Shown: positions 22,295 through 29,939 of the stretch, piece by piece
Layout of the letters: each line of letters opens with the position of its first letter
Position numbering within the stretch: position 1 is the first letter of the stretch
NCBI RefSeq assembly: GCF_003966335.1
Contig: NZ_CP034549.1
Span: 1,170,001 to 1,202,000 of the forward strand
Direction: 5' to 3'
DNA: 32,000 nt
DNA from: Nonlabens ponticola
Lineage (GTDB): Bacteria; Bacteroidota; Bacteroidia; Flavobacteriales; Flavobacteriaceae
The notes under the pieces: generated by a model
The model's input: the letters and a program-made list of their open reading frames with translations, nothing else
Told to the model about the DNA's origin: nothing
Database searches by the model: none
Program-made: the position numbers and the translations under genes

Positions 22295-22816
22295 ATGAGT
22301 AAAGTACAAGAGAAAGTTATTCTGGTCAATGAGCGAGACGAGCAAATAGGGCTCATGGAGAAGATTGAGGCACATGAGAAAGCGCTACTTCATAGAGCAT
22401 TTTCAGTCTTTGTGATCAATGATAAGAATGAGATCATGTTGCAGCAGCGAGCACAACATAAATACCATTCACCAGGCCTATGGACCAATACATGCTGCAG
22501 CCATCAACGAGAAGGTGAGACAAATCTTCAAGCTGGTAAACGCCGTCTTATGGAAGAAATGGGTTTTACAACTGATCTTAAAGAACTATTTAATTTTATT
22601 TACATCGCACCTTTTGATAATGGCCTTACGGAGCATGAGTTGGATCACGTGATGGTAGGTAGTTATAATGACGCACCACAGATAAATCCCGACGAGGTCG
22701 CAGCCTGGAAATGGATGACAGCTCACGACATTAAAAATAGTATGGAGAGCAATCCAGAACTCTATACCGAGTGGTTCAAGATCATCTTTGATAAATATTA
22801 CGAGCATATATCATGA
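22295..22816 (+). CDS. idi: Isopentenyl-diphosphate delta-isomerase, type 1 (Nudix-fold)
   Basis: HRAFSVFVINDKNEIMLQQRAQHKYHSPGLWTNTCCSHQREGE...EHELDHV matches the type 1 IDI active-site Cys/Glu context. The product is 173 aa. Confidence 0.85.
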   Translation: MSKVQEKVILVNERDEQIGLMEKIEAHEKALLHRAFSVFVINDKNEIMLQQRAQHKYHSPGLWTNTCCSHQREGETNLQAGKRRLMEEMGFTTDLKELFNFIYIAPFDNGLTEHELDHVMVGSYNDAPQINPDEVAAWKWMTAHDIKNSMESNPELYTEWFKIIFDKYYEHIS

Positions 22817-23223
22817 GAATAACGGCCTACAGGAAAGCACATTTTAATGCGGCTCACCGCTTATATCGCAAGGATTGGAGTGATGAAAAAAACGAAGAGA
22901 TATTTGATAAGTGCAGCAATCCACATTATCATGGTCATAATTATGAGCTAGAGGTAGGCGTGACCGGTGAGGTTGATCCAGAAACAGGATATTTAATTGA
23001 TCTCAAGATTCTTAAGGATATTATTAAGGAACAGATAGAAAATCACCTTGATCATAAAAACCTCAACGAGCAAGTTCCAGAATTCAAGGACTTAAATCCA
23101 ACTGCCGAAAACATCGCATTTGTCATCTACAATAGGATACGTAAACACCTTGATCCAAAATATGATCTAGAGATTAAGTTGTTTGAGACACCGCGCAATT
23201 TTATTTTATATAAAGGTGAATAA
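22813..23223 (+). CDS. 6-pyruvoyl-tetrahydropterin synthase / 6-carboxytetrahydropterin synthase family protein (PTPS/QueD)
   Basis: RKAHFNAAHRL...CSNPHYHGHNYELEV carries the PTPS-type CxxPxxHGHNY Zn/catalytic motif. The product is 136 aa. The start overlaps the idi stop (ATGA at 22813-22816). Confidence 0.8.
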   Translation: MRITAYRKAHFNAAHRLYRKDWSDEKNEEIFDKCSNPHYHGHNYELEVGVTGEVDPETGYLIDLKILKDIIKEQIENHLDHKNLNEQVPEFKDLNPTAENIAFVIYNRIRKHLDPKYDLEIKLFETPRNFILYKGE

Positions 23224-24194
23224 TGACATGGTATCCACTCACATTTGAACCTATTTTACTAGAGAAAATCTGGGGTGGACAGCATTTAAATCAATTAAAG
23301 AATATACAGCCACCTATCGACCAATTAGGTGAAAGCTGGGAAATAAGTACTGTTCCCGGTAAGGTAAGCGTGGTTGACAATGGTGACTTAAAAGGACACA
23401 ATTTACAGCAGCTGCTCGACACCTATCCAGAAAAAATATTGGGTGCCAGACTAGCAGCTCTCTACGGTAACAAATTCCCCTTACTCATAAAGTTTATCAA
23501 TGCGGCTCAGGATTTATCCATACAGGTACATCCAGATGATGAGATGGCTGGCAATCAACACAACAGCTTTGGCAAGAGCGAGATGTGGTATGTCATGGAT
23601 GCCCGTCCAGGATCACAGTTGACAATAGGATTTGAGAATAATGTTGATGAGTTAGCTTTCGCGAAAGCGGTACAAAACAAAACACTGCCACAACTACTCA
23701 ATAATATCGAGGCAAGACAAGGCGATGCTTACATGATCGCTCCAGGAACCGTTCATGCTATCGGTGCAGGAATTACACTGGCAGAAATTCAACAAAGTAG
23801 CGATATCACATACAGAGTGTACGATTATGACCGCAAGGACAGTAAAGGGAATACGAGAGAACTGCACATTGATGCCGCAATGAAGGCTAGTAATCTTGCC
23901 GCTGGAGCTGATCATAAATTAGCTTATGATGTAACACAAACAGGCATTCAAACATTAGAAAGTAATCAATATTTCACTACGAGAATTGCACAATTCACGG
24001 GTCAATTTGAAGTTCCACACACGGCAGATTTCTTTACTATATTGATTAATGTAGGTGTCGCAGTGAATATTTTGCATGATGGTAATTCATACCGTTGCCA
24101 TCACACACAAACCTATTTATTACCAGCCGCGATGAACCCATCAGTCACTATTGAGTGCGATACAGAAGCACGTGTTTTAATTGTGACAGTCTAG
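23223..24194 (+). CDS. manA: Type I phosphomannose isomerase (mannose-6-phosphate isomerase, short bacterial class I)
   Basis: MTWYPLTFEPILLEKIWGG...LSIQVHPDD...SEMWYV...GTVHAIGAG...YDYDR matches the cupin-type PMI motifs. The start overlaps the preceding stop (TAATG). Confidence 0.8.
   Translation: MTWYPLTFEPILLEKIWGGQHLNQLKNIQPPIDQLGESWEISTVPGKVSVVDNGDLKGHNLQQLLDTYPEKILGARLAALYGNKFPLLIKFINAAQDLSIQVHPDDEMAGNQHNSFGKSEMWYVMDARPGSQLTIGFENNVDELAFAKAVQNKTLPQLLNNIEARQGDAYMIAPGTVHAIGAGITLAEIQQSSDITYRVYDYDRKDSKGNTRELHIDAAMKASNLAAGADHKLAYDVTQTGIQTLESNQYFTTRIAQFTGQFEVPHTADFFTILINVGVAVNILHDGNSYRCHHTQTYLLPAAMNPSVTIECDTEARVLIVTV
23655..23668. repeat. GCTTTCGCGAAAGC palindrome copy (inside PMI gene, read as AFAKA)
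   Basis: Exact 14-mer, in phase with the CDS ((23655-23223) = 432), followed by ggta. Confidence 0.95.
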
Positions 24195-24206
24195 CTGGTT
24201 ATTCAC

Positions 24207-24214
24207 TATTTTTG
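24207..24214 (+). promoter_or_regulatory. Candidate -7 box (TAnnTTTG) for the 88-aa gene
   Basis: tatttttg at 24207-24214, 17 nt before the ATG at 24232. It is the same octamer as at the prfC and idi promoters. Confidence 0.35.
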
Positions 24215-24231
24215 CACCAAATTTTTACAAC

Positions 24232-24498
24232 ATGGCAAGTATTAGAGACCTTAAACAGGACATCAATTATGTTTTAGGAGATATTATTGAAGCAGCATTG
24301 ATTCATCAAACGGCAAACCCAGATGAAGATGATGCAAAGTCTGAACAAATAATTGAAGACTGTATCAGCACTTTTGACGAGTTAATCGCCCGAGTAAATG
24401 ATAAGAGTGTTGAGAATAGAAGTGCTCACTTAAAGCAGGTGCGCGCAGATCTTGAGACTAAAGGAAAGGCACTGATAGAAAGAGTAAACGGTCTATAG
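24232..24498 (+). CDS. Small acidic helical hypothetical protein (88 aa)
   Basis: ATG start, non-repetitive sequence (MASIRDLKQDINYVLGDIIEAALIHQ...), own -7 box candidate. I recognise no family. Confidence 0.5.
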   Translation: MASIRDLKQDINYVLGDIIEAALIHQTANPDEDDAKSEQIIEDCISTFDELIARVNDKSVENRSAHLKQVRADLETKGKALIERVNGL

Positions 24499-25209
24499 AT
24501 TACTTTTTGACTCCTTAATCAATTCAGACAATCGTGTTCCATACATACTTGTCTGAATTTTTTTTGGCATTTGTTTATAAATACTGTCTAGTAAGACAGG
24601 ATTAGCGTCAAATCCTTCCTGTAACAAAATATACGGTGCTACCGCTTTTTCCTTGTGAAATGTCGCATAGTTCACCGCATATAGAATGCGTTTCTTCAAA
24701 TACTTCTCGTATTCAGTATTAAGTGAATCGATGGATGCTTGCGAGGGATTTTCTTCTTGATTTAAAGACATGCTGCGCTTCATGAGGTTTGTATAAACTT
24801 CATTGAGCTTGTCTTTGTTCTTATTGAACTCTGCTAGCACGATTTGATTTTTAGAACCCGTAATGACAGCATCTTTTTCAAAATTGTTGAGTGATGAGTT
24901 GATGGTCATAACTGTGTCTTCTGCAAAAAATGCGATGCGATCATCGTATTGTGTCCCATCTTTCACATCTAGATATAGATAGAGTAATTGCGGCTCGTCA
25001 ATGGTGGCGCTCAAGCTATAATCACCAGAACCGTCAAGCGATACAGAATCAATGGTAATAAGGCTTGTGTCCACCGTTTTTTGCAGTAATACCTTACCTA
25101 CCTTTAAACCATCAATAGAACCGCGTACCGTTAGGTTACCATTATCCTTGTCATCATTGCAAGAGATGAGAAGTATAGAAAAGGCGATTATAAATAGGGA
25201 CAATCTCAT
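24493..25209 (-). CDS. DUF4369-like lipoprotein
   Basis: The lipoprotein signal MRLSLFIIAFSILLISC is followed by NLTVRGSIDGLKVGKVLLQK, which resembles the DUF4369 N-terminal domain seen in front of thioredoxin-like proteins in Bacteroidota. No thioredoxin domain is present here. Confidence 0.55.
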   Translation of the reverse strand: MRLSLFIIAFSILLISCNDDKDNGNLTVRGSIDGLKVGKVLLQKTVDTSLITIDSVSLDGSGDYSLSATIDEPQLLYLYLDVKDGTQYDDRIAFFAEDTVMTINSSLNNFEKDAVITGSKNQIVLAEFNKNKDKLNEVYTNLMKRSMSLNQEENPSQASIDSLNTEYEKYLKKRILYAVNYATFHKEKAVAPYILLQEGFDANPVLLDSIYKQMPKKIQTSMYGTRLSELIKESKSNL

Positions 25210-25254
25210 AGCATCAATTAAGGCTGCAAATATGCATCTTACTTTTAAATGCTC

Positions 25255-26580
25255 CTACACAGGTGCTGCCATTTGTAATAAAATTGTACAAGCAATAGCG
25301 CCTACTGTACCTACTACATATCCAAATACTGCTAATAACACGCCTACGGTCGTCAATGCTGGATGAAATTGAGCGGCAACAACTGGCGCGCTTGCCGCGC
25401 CACCTACATTTGCCTGGCTACCTACCGCAAGGAAAAAGTAGGGCGCTTTGATAAGTTTAGCAACAAGTATCAATAAACCGGCGTGAATACTCATCCATAT
25501 GATGCCAACTAAAATTAGATACGGATTTTCCAATATTTGCCTCAAGTCCATTTTTACACCTATGGTGGCTACAAGAATGTAAATGAAAATACTACCTATG
25601 CGTGACGCACCAGTGCCTTCATATTTTTTCATGGGCGTGTAGGAAAGTAAAATTCCAATAGTGGTAGCGATAGAGATCAACCAGAAGAAGGAACTGGTCA
25701 AGAAGCTCAGGTAGATATTGCTAGCGATACTATCAATGTCACTCATCGTTTGAGACAGGTGATTACCCAAAAGATGCGCAATGGCGACCGTGCCAAAACC
25801 AATTCCCAGCATTACCATTATATCCGTGATCGTTGCTTCTCGCTTGACGCTGCTAGAATAATTAGATACCTTTTCTCTAAGCCTGTCAATCGCACTAGCG
25901 TCGGCGCCAGTCCATTTATCAAAACTTGCGGCCTTGCCTATTCCCAACAGCAATATTGCCATCCATAAGTTTGCTACAACGATGTCTACCAGCACCATAC
26001 CACCGTACAATTCCTGATTAAATTCATAAATCTCGAGCATGGCTGTTTGATTAGCGCCACCACCTATCCAGCTACCAGCAAGCGTAGAAAGTCCACGCCA
26101 CACGGCGTCAAAGCCAGCACCATCGACCGTATCTGGTGAGATGTAGGTAAAAACTAGAACAGCAATCGGCCCGCCTATAATAATACCAGCAGTTCCTGTG
26201 AGAAACATGATCAAGGCTTTGGGTCCTAGATTGAAAACGGCCTTCAAGTCGATACTCAGCGTCATAAGAACAAGTGCAGCTGGCAATAAATATCGAGTAG
26301 CGACATAGTAAAGTGATGAACTATACTCGACCACGACTCCATTGTCATCAGATATTTTCCAGTCTGCTGCAATGATACCTGTAGAGCTTAAGATCGACGG
26401 CAATAAATAGCACATGAGCAATGCTGGTACGACCTTGTAAAATTTATGTAGGACGCCACTGTCTCTTGACGAGGTGTAGAACACGACTGCTAGACACAGC
26501 ATCAGTATGCCAAAGGTGATCGCATCGTCCGTAATCAATGGTGATGTGTCGACGATCTTATTGATTTCCTGCAAGCTCAT
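25255..26580 (-). CDS. Polytopic inner-membrane protein, DUF819-like
   Basis: At least 10 hydrophobic segments, and FYKVVPALLMCYLLPSILSS plus GSQANVGGAASAPVVAA resemble DUF819 family proteins (from memory). The start is moved to the ATG at 26580 (MSLQEINK...) because the track start at 26601 is a TTG. Confidence 0.6.
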   Translation of the reverse strand: MSLQEINKIVDTSPLITDDAITFGILMLCLAVVFYTSSRDSGVLHKFYKVVPALLMCYLLPSILSSTGIIAADWKISDDNGVVVEYSSSLYYVATRYLLPAALVLMTLSIDLKAVFNLGPKALIMFLTGTAGIIIGGPIAVLVFTYISPDTVDGAGFDAVWRGLSTLAGSWIGGGANQTAMLEIYEFNQELYGGMVLVDIVVANLWMAILLLGIGKAASFDKWTGADASAIDRLREKVSNYSSSVKREATITDIMVMLGIGFGTVAIAHLLGNHLSQTMSDIDSIASNIYLSFLTSSFFWLISIATTIGILLSYTPMKKYEGTGASRIGSIFIYILVATIGVKMDLRQILENPYLILVGIIWMSIHAGLLILVAKLIKAPYFFLAVGSQANVGGAASAPVVAAQFHPALTTVGVLLAVFGYVVGTVGAIACTILLQMAAPV

Positions 26581-26652
26581 GATTAAGAATTTGAGCGGCA
26601 AAATACGATATTATGATTTTGGACTATTGATTTGTGATAATGCTTTTAATAG

Positions 26653-26674
26653 TTACGCTTTCGCGAAAGCGTAA
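26653..26674. repeat. 22-bp perfect palindrome TTACGCTTTCGCGAAAGCGTAA (intergenic copy of the GCTTTCGCGAAAGC motif); possible terminator or operator
   Basis: Base-by-base check shows positions 26653-26663 pair perfectly with 26674-26664. It lies 16 nt downstream of the hydrolase gene stop (26690) and 73 nt upstream of the DUF819 ATG. Confidence 0.9.
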
Positions 26675-26689
26675 TACCAACGACCTCAC

Positions 26690-27637
26690 TTACTTCACAA
26701 AATCAACAATACGTTGTACTAACTCTTCATGCAACGGGAAATTGGGATCGCTATAACTCTTTGCGTTTTCAAGAGGATCACTGCCCACCTTTTTAAGTAC
26801 ATGATTCATATCTTTAATAATGTAGTAATCTGCTTGTGGCGCTGCTGTGTGGAGTAATTTGGCCTGTTTGATATCAATCTGGGTGTCTTGATCACCGTTG
26901 ACAATAAGCACTGGTAATTCTAATTTTGAAATAACAAGGGCTGGATCATGCGACATCCATTCTTTCATAAATGGTTGTAGGCTAGGATTGAAGATAGAGT
27001 TGAGGTAGGCAGGATAGTCAGTCACTAGGCTATCTTGTGCTTTCATTTTATTAAATACAGTTTCTACCTGTTTGTCAAGACCTGGTGATTGCGCGCCTAC
27101 TTGTTGTATAATCGATTTGTCGATTGTCTCACCTGGACCAGCAATACTTATAAAACCATCAACTTCATCATTTAAAGCGAGCATGGCAACCAGTGATCCT
27201 TGACTATGCCCAGCCATGTAAATTTTATCAAATCGTTTGTCGTCAACAAAGTGATTGATTACCGACGATGCATCTGTTACAAAATCTTGAAACTTAATAT
27301 CATCAACACTGCGTCGTTCTTTAAGTCTGGTGGCTGTACGCTTGTCATATCTATAGGTGGCGATTCCTTCCTTTTGTAAAGCTTGTGCGAGCTGCTTGTG
27401 GCTATCATTTTTAGTCATCATGCTGTTGCCATCACGATCATTAGGGCCACTACCGGTAAGCAGTATCACCAGCGTTTTGTTGGCTTGGTTTTCTGGCATG
27501 AGCAAGGTTCCTTTTACGTCTTCATTGATCGTTACATCTGTTGACAACGTTGATTCTTTTTCAGCAGGTTTTTTACTGAAGGCATCTTGTCCAAAAACGA
27601 TTGCTGGAAATAAGAATAGAAGTAGAAACTTTTTCAT
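26690..27637 (-). CDS. Secreted alpha/beta-fold serine hydrolase
   Basis: Signal peptide MKKFLLLFLFPAIVFGQ. Nucleophile elbow GHSQG. Candidate acid NGDQD and candidate His in DMNHVL. The start overlaps the SdpI-like stop (ATGA at 27634-27637). Confidence 0.7.
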   Translation of the reverse strand: MKKFLLLFLFPAIVFGQDAFSKKPAEKESTLSTDVTINEDVKGTLLMPENQANKTLVILLTGSGPNDRDGNSMMTKNDSHKQLAQALQKEGIATYRYDKRTATRLKERRSVDDIKFQDFVTDASSVINHFVDDKRFDKIYMAGHSQGSLVAMLALNDEVDGFISIAGPGETIDKSIIQQVGAQSPGLDKQVETVFNKMKAQDSLVTDYPAYLNSIFNPSLQPFMKEWMSHDPALVISKLELPVLIVNGDQDTQIDIKQAKLLHTAAPQADYYIIKDMNHVLKKVGSDPLENAKSYSDPNFPLHEELVQRIVDFVK

Positions 27638-28293
27638 GATGTAATTTTTTTGAATTCAGTATAGCTATAAATGAATGAGGTTAACGTGATGACAATTGTT
27701 GTGCCAAGCAAGATGTAAAATGTCCATTGATCTGTTAAGGTCAATGCTGATATTATGATCAATGCACCAGCTGCCATAAATAAGTAACCACCTAGTTGGT
27801 GAGTAGCTCGCCATACTTGATCGTTTTCCAGTGTCCATGGCGTGCGTATGCCAACAAAATAATTTGATTTTATTGATGGCAGGTAATTTCCTAGAATGAG
27901 AAATAACAGACCAACAGCAGCATATATCCATTGAATACCAATGCTAATAGTATCGCCGGCCGCTTTTAAATCAATATAGTAGATACCAAATACTGCGATA
28001 ATGCACATAGCAGCAGCAAACCCTAATCGCAACTTAATCCATACAGAACCCATTTTTTCAATCTGCTTCTTGGGATCTATGGCAGGTAAATATTTAAGTA
28101 AGAAATAAATCAAGCCAGTGGTCGCCGCTGGTAAGATCCACAGTTCAGATTTATGACCGTATCGATTGACGTTTCCTTCTAGATCAAAATGCATGGGCAC
28201 TTGATCAGGTAAACCAGCATAGATAAATGCTAGATAAATAAATGGCAGTATTGTTAAGATGATGATCATAATCTCAAAACGTCTAGAAGTCAT
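27634..28293 (-). CDS. SdpI-family membrane protein (DUF1648 + SdpI immunity/signal-transduction domain)
   Basis: LPDQVPMHFDLEGNVNRYGHKSE is DUF1648-like and GIRTPWTLENDQVWRATHQLGGYLF is SdpI-like. There are about 6 TM segments. The ATG at 28293 overlaps the upstream stop (ATGA). Confidence 0.75.
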   Translation of the reverse strand: MTSRRFEIMIIILTILPFIYLAFIYAGLPDQVPMHFDLEGNVNRYGHKSELWILPAATTGLIYFLLKYLPAIDPKKQIEKMGSVWIKLRLGFAAAMCIIAVFGIYYIDLKAAGDTISIGIQWIYAAVGLLFLILGNYLPSIKSNYFVGIRTPWTLENDQVWRATHQLGGYLFMAAGALIIISALTLTDQWTFYILLGTTIVITLTSFIYSYTEFKKITS

Positions 28294-28553
28294 GACTGCA
28301 TATTTTTAAAGGTTAGTATCCATGATAGTAATTGATCCATCACCGTGGTGTTGATCGAGTAGTAGATAAACTGCCCTTGTTTGTTGCCGTGAATTAAGTC
28401 GGCACGCTTGAGCAAATCCAGATGATGTGAGATACTAGGTTTGGACATTTCAAATTCTTGTGCGATCTCGCCTGCATTAAGATCCTTTTGCTTTAAAAGT
28501 TCTAGTATCTGCCTTCTTGTAGGATCGTTAAGTGCTTTTAAAAGCGAGTTCAA
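28290..28553 (-). CDS. ArsR/SmtB-family winged-helix repressor, SdpR-like autorepressor
   Basis: LKALNDPTRRQILELLKQKDLNAGEIAQEFEMSKPSISHHLDLLKRADLI is a classic ArsR-type HTH. The only possible start is the TTG at 28553, because an in-frame stop lies at 28566-28568 and no upstream ATG exists. Confidence 0.8.
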   Translation of the reverse strand: MNSLLKALNDPTRRQILELLKQKDLNAGEIAQEFEMSKPSISHHLDLLKRADLIHGNKQGQFIYYSINTTVMDQLLSWILTFKNMQS

Positions 28554-28562
28554 GCTATTAAG

Positions 28563-28584
28563 TATTTAGGCAAATATCTAAATA
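28563..28584. promoter_or_regulatory. Candidate SdpR operator: inverted repeat TATTTAG-N8-CTAAATA overlapping a -7-like box
   Basis: tatttag lies at 28563-28569 and ctaaata at 28578-28584. On the minus strand the spacer reads gATATTTGc, a 7/8 match to TAnnTTTG, about 16 nt upstream of the TTG start. ArsR-family repressors typically bind such dyads over their own promoters. Confidence 0.4.
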
Positions 28585-28659
28585 ACTCTTTAATGATCTC
28601 ACTTCCAAAATGTTAAAAATTTATGTTGTCGGGAACTAGATAAGCTGAATATGAATTTT

Positions 28660-28701
28660 AAGAAACAAGAAACAAGAAACAAGAAACAAGAAACAAGAAA
28701 C
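28660..28701. repeat. Heptanucleotide microsatellite (AAGAAAC) x 6
   Basis: Six perfect units counted base by base. On the minus strand this is (GTTTCTT)6, 107-148 nt upstream of the SdpR-like start. Confidence 0.95.
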
Positions 28702-28793
28702 AAAAGCCTAAGAGCCAATTGGTTGATATACAATATTCTTAGCGTAAAAAAAGATAAAGAAGGCTCTCGTGTTCAGGAATATTCAATTTCTTA

Positions 28794-28914
28794 CCGTCAA
28801 CCGTCAACCGTCAACCGTCAACCGTCAACCGTCAACCGTCAACCGTCAACCGTCAACCGTCAACCGTCAACCGTCAACCGTCAACCGTCAACCGTCAACC
28901 GTCAACCGTCAACC
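28794..28914. repeat. Heptanucleotide microsatellite (CCGTCAA) x 17 (+cc)
   Basis: Seventeen perfect units span 28794-28912 (phase checked at 28906), followed by cc. The last base overlaps the first base of the TIGR03643-like gene's stop codon (28914-28916). On the minus strand the unit is TTGACGG. Confidence 0.95.
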
Positions 28915-29231
28915 TATCTCTTAGAAATCTTATTATGTGTAATCTGTCGCTGTCGGTTTGCTTTAAAAGTATCCATTTCTGGATCGCGCAATGCTCTGTG
29001 CTTTGTGCTGCGACCTTGAACGCGCTCGCGCCACATTCTAAAGCTGCTGGCTTTCATCTGGTCGCGCATGATTTTGATGACTTCTTGCTCAGAAACGCCA
29101 AATTGGAATTCAATCGCACTAAAAGGCGTGCGATCTTCCCATGCCATTTCTATGATGCGATCTATCGCTCGCTCGTCTAGATCCCGTAGGATATCTTTTG
29201 CCTTACTCATACCTGCAAGATAGTCGGGCAT
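28914..29231 (-). CDS. Small conserved protein, TIGR03643/DUF2805-like
   Basis: IDRIIEMAWEDRTPFSAIEFQFGVSEQEVIKIMRDQMKASSFRMWRERVQGRSTKH matches my memory of this family. An alternative start is the ATG at 29210 (MSKAKDIL...). Confidence 0.65.
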   Translation of the reverse strand: MPDYLAGMSKAKDILRDLDERAIDRIIEMAWEDRTPFSAIEFQFGVSEQEVIKIMRDQMKASSFRMWRERVQGRSTKHRALRDPEMDTFKANRQRQITHNKISKR

Positions 29232-29261
29232 CGCTTTCTATTCTTGCAAAAAGACGTTAAA

Positions 29262-29843
29262 CTAGAGTACTACCTTTCTAAAGGTAAGATTGATTCGTGG
29301 CTGGATCTCTCGCTTGGTTTTGGCGATTTGATGCTTGTACGTGTGCTGCGTCTCGCCACTCATATAAAGTAAACTTCCATTCTTTAGTAGTAGTTTGAAA
29401 CGTTTTTCCTTATCGTCATTATGCTTCAAGTGAAAATAGCGTTGCGCACCAAAACTGATGCTCGCAATAGACGGATTTTTACCCAATTCTTTCTCATTAT
29501 CTGCATGCCAGCCGTTAGAATCCTGACCGCTGCGGTACAAGTTAATCAGGCAGATGTTGAACTGCGTGCCGCAGGCTTTTTCAACATCGGTTTTGATCTG
29601 GGTAAGCCGTTCTGTCCACGGCAGTGGCTCAAACTGGATGCCGCTGTAACCATAGGTCAATCCTGCATCGCCATACAACTGGGTTAATCGAGGCTCGTCA
29701 TAGGTCTTGCCGAATACGGTAATCTTATTCTGTCGCCATGGCGTTTCTTTTTGCAGGGTAGCTTGTAGGTGTTCCGCTTTCGCGAAAGCATAAAAAGCAT
29801 CATCATACTGCACGCTGGCATCTGGAATTTTCAGGTCAATCAT
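29262..29843 (-). CDS. alkB: Alpha-ketoglutarate/Fe(II)-dependent dioxygenase, AlkB family
   Basis: The HxD motif in NGWHADNE, the distal His in QHTYKHQI and RINLTFR at the C-terminus fit the AlkB-like 2OG-Fe(II) oxygenase. The product is 193 aa. Confidence 0.75.
   Translation of the reverse strand: MIDLKIPDASVQYDDAFYAFAKAEHLQATLQKETPWRQNKITVFGKTYDEPRLTQLYGDAGLTYGYSGIQFEPLPWTERLTQIKTDVEKACGTQFNICLINLYRSGQDSNGWHADNEKELGKNPSIASISFGAQRYFHLKHNDDKEKRFKLLLKNGSLLYMSGETQHTYKHQIAKTKREIQPRINLTFRKVVL
29776..29789. repeat. GCTTTCGCGAAAGC palindrome copy (inside alkB, minus strand, read as AFAKA)
   Basis: Exact 14-mer, in phase with the minus-strand CDS ((29843-29789) = 54), covering residues A19-A23 (YAFAKAE). 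Confidence 0.95.
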
Positions 29844-29939
29844 AGGGTCAACTTACTATGCATGCATATTAAAACTAATGTTATATCGTGTTTGAACCAT
29901 GGGCTAGGCAGTATATTGCGCGACAATCAAATTTATACT

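Noticed and set aside
24493-24498. CTATAG palindrome providing both stop codons of the convergent 88-aa gene and the DUF4369 gene
   Set aside because: This is a 6-nt overlap of convergent stops, explicable by chance and compaction. There is no surrounding structure.
26581-26601. TTG start extension of the DUF819-like gene
   Set aside because: An in-frame ATG at 26580 gives a plausible N-terminus. The choice is not decisive without homologue alignment.
28651-29019. 122-aa + strand ORF (MNFKKQETRNKKQETRNK...RQPSTVNRQPSTVN...)
   Set aside because: It is a translation artefact of the two heptamer arrays (7 nt x 3 gives a 7-aa periodic peptide). It also runs antisense into the TIGR03643-like gene.
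29769-29939. 57-codon N-terminal extension of fabH overlapping alkB
   Set aside because: KAS III-like sequence starts at MYTSRIAGMGKYVPE (ATG at 29940). The extension is non-homologous and would overlap the divergent alkB by 75 nt.
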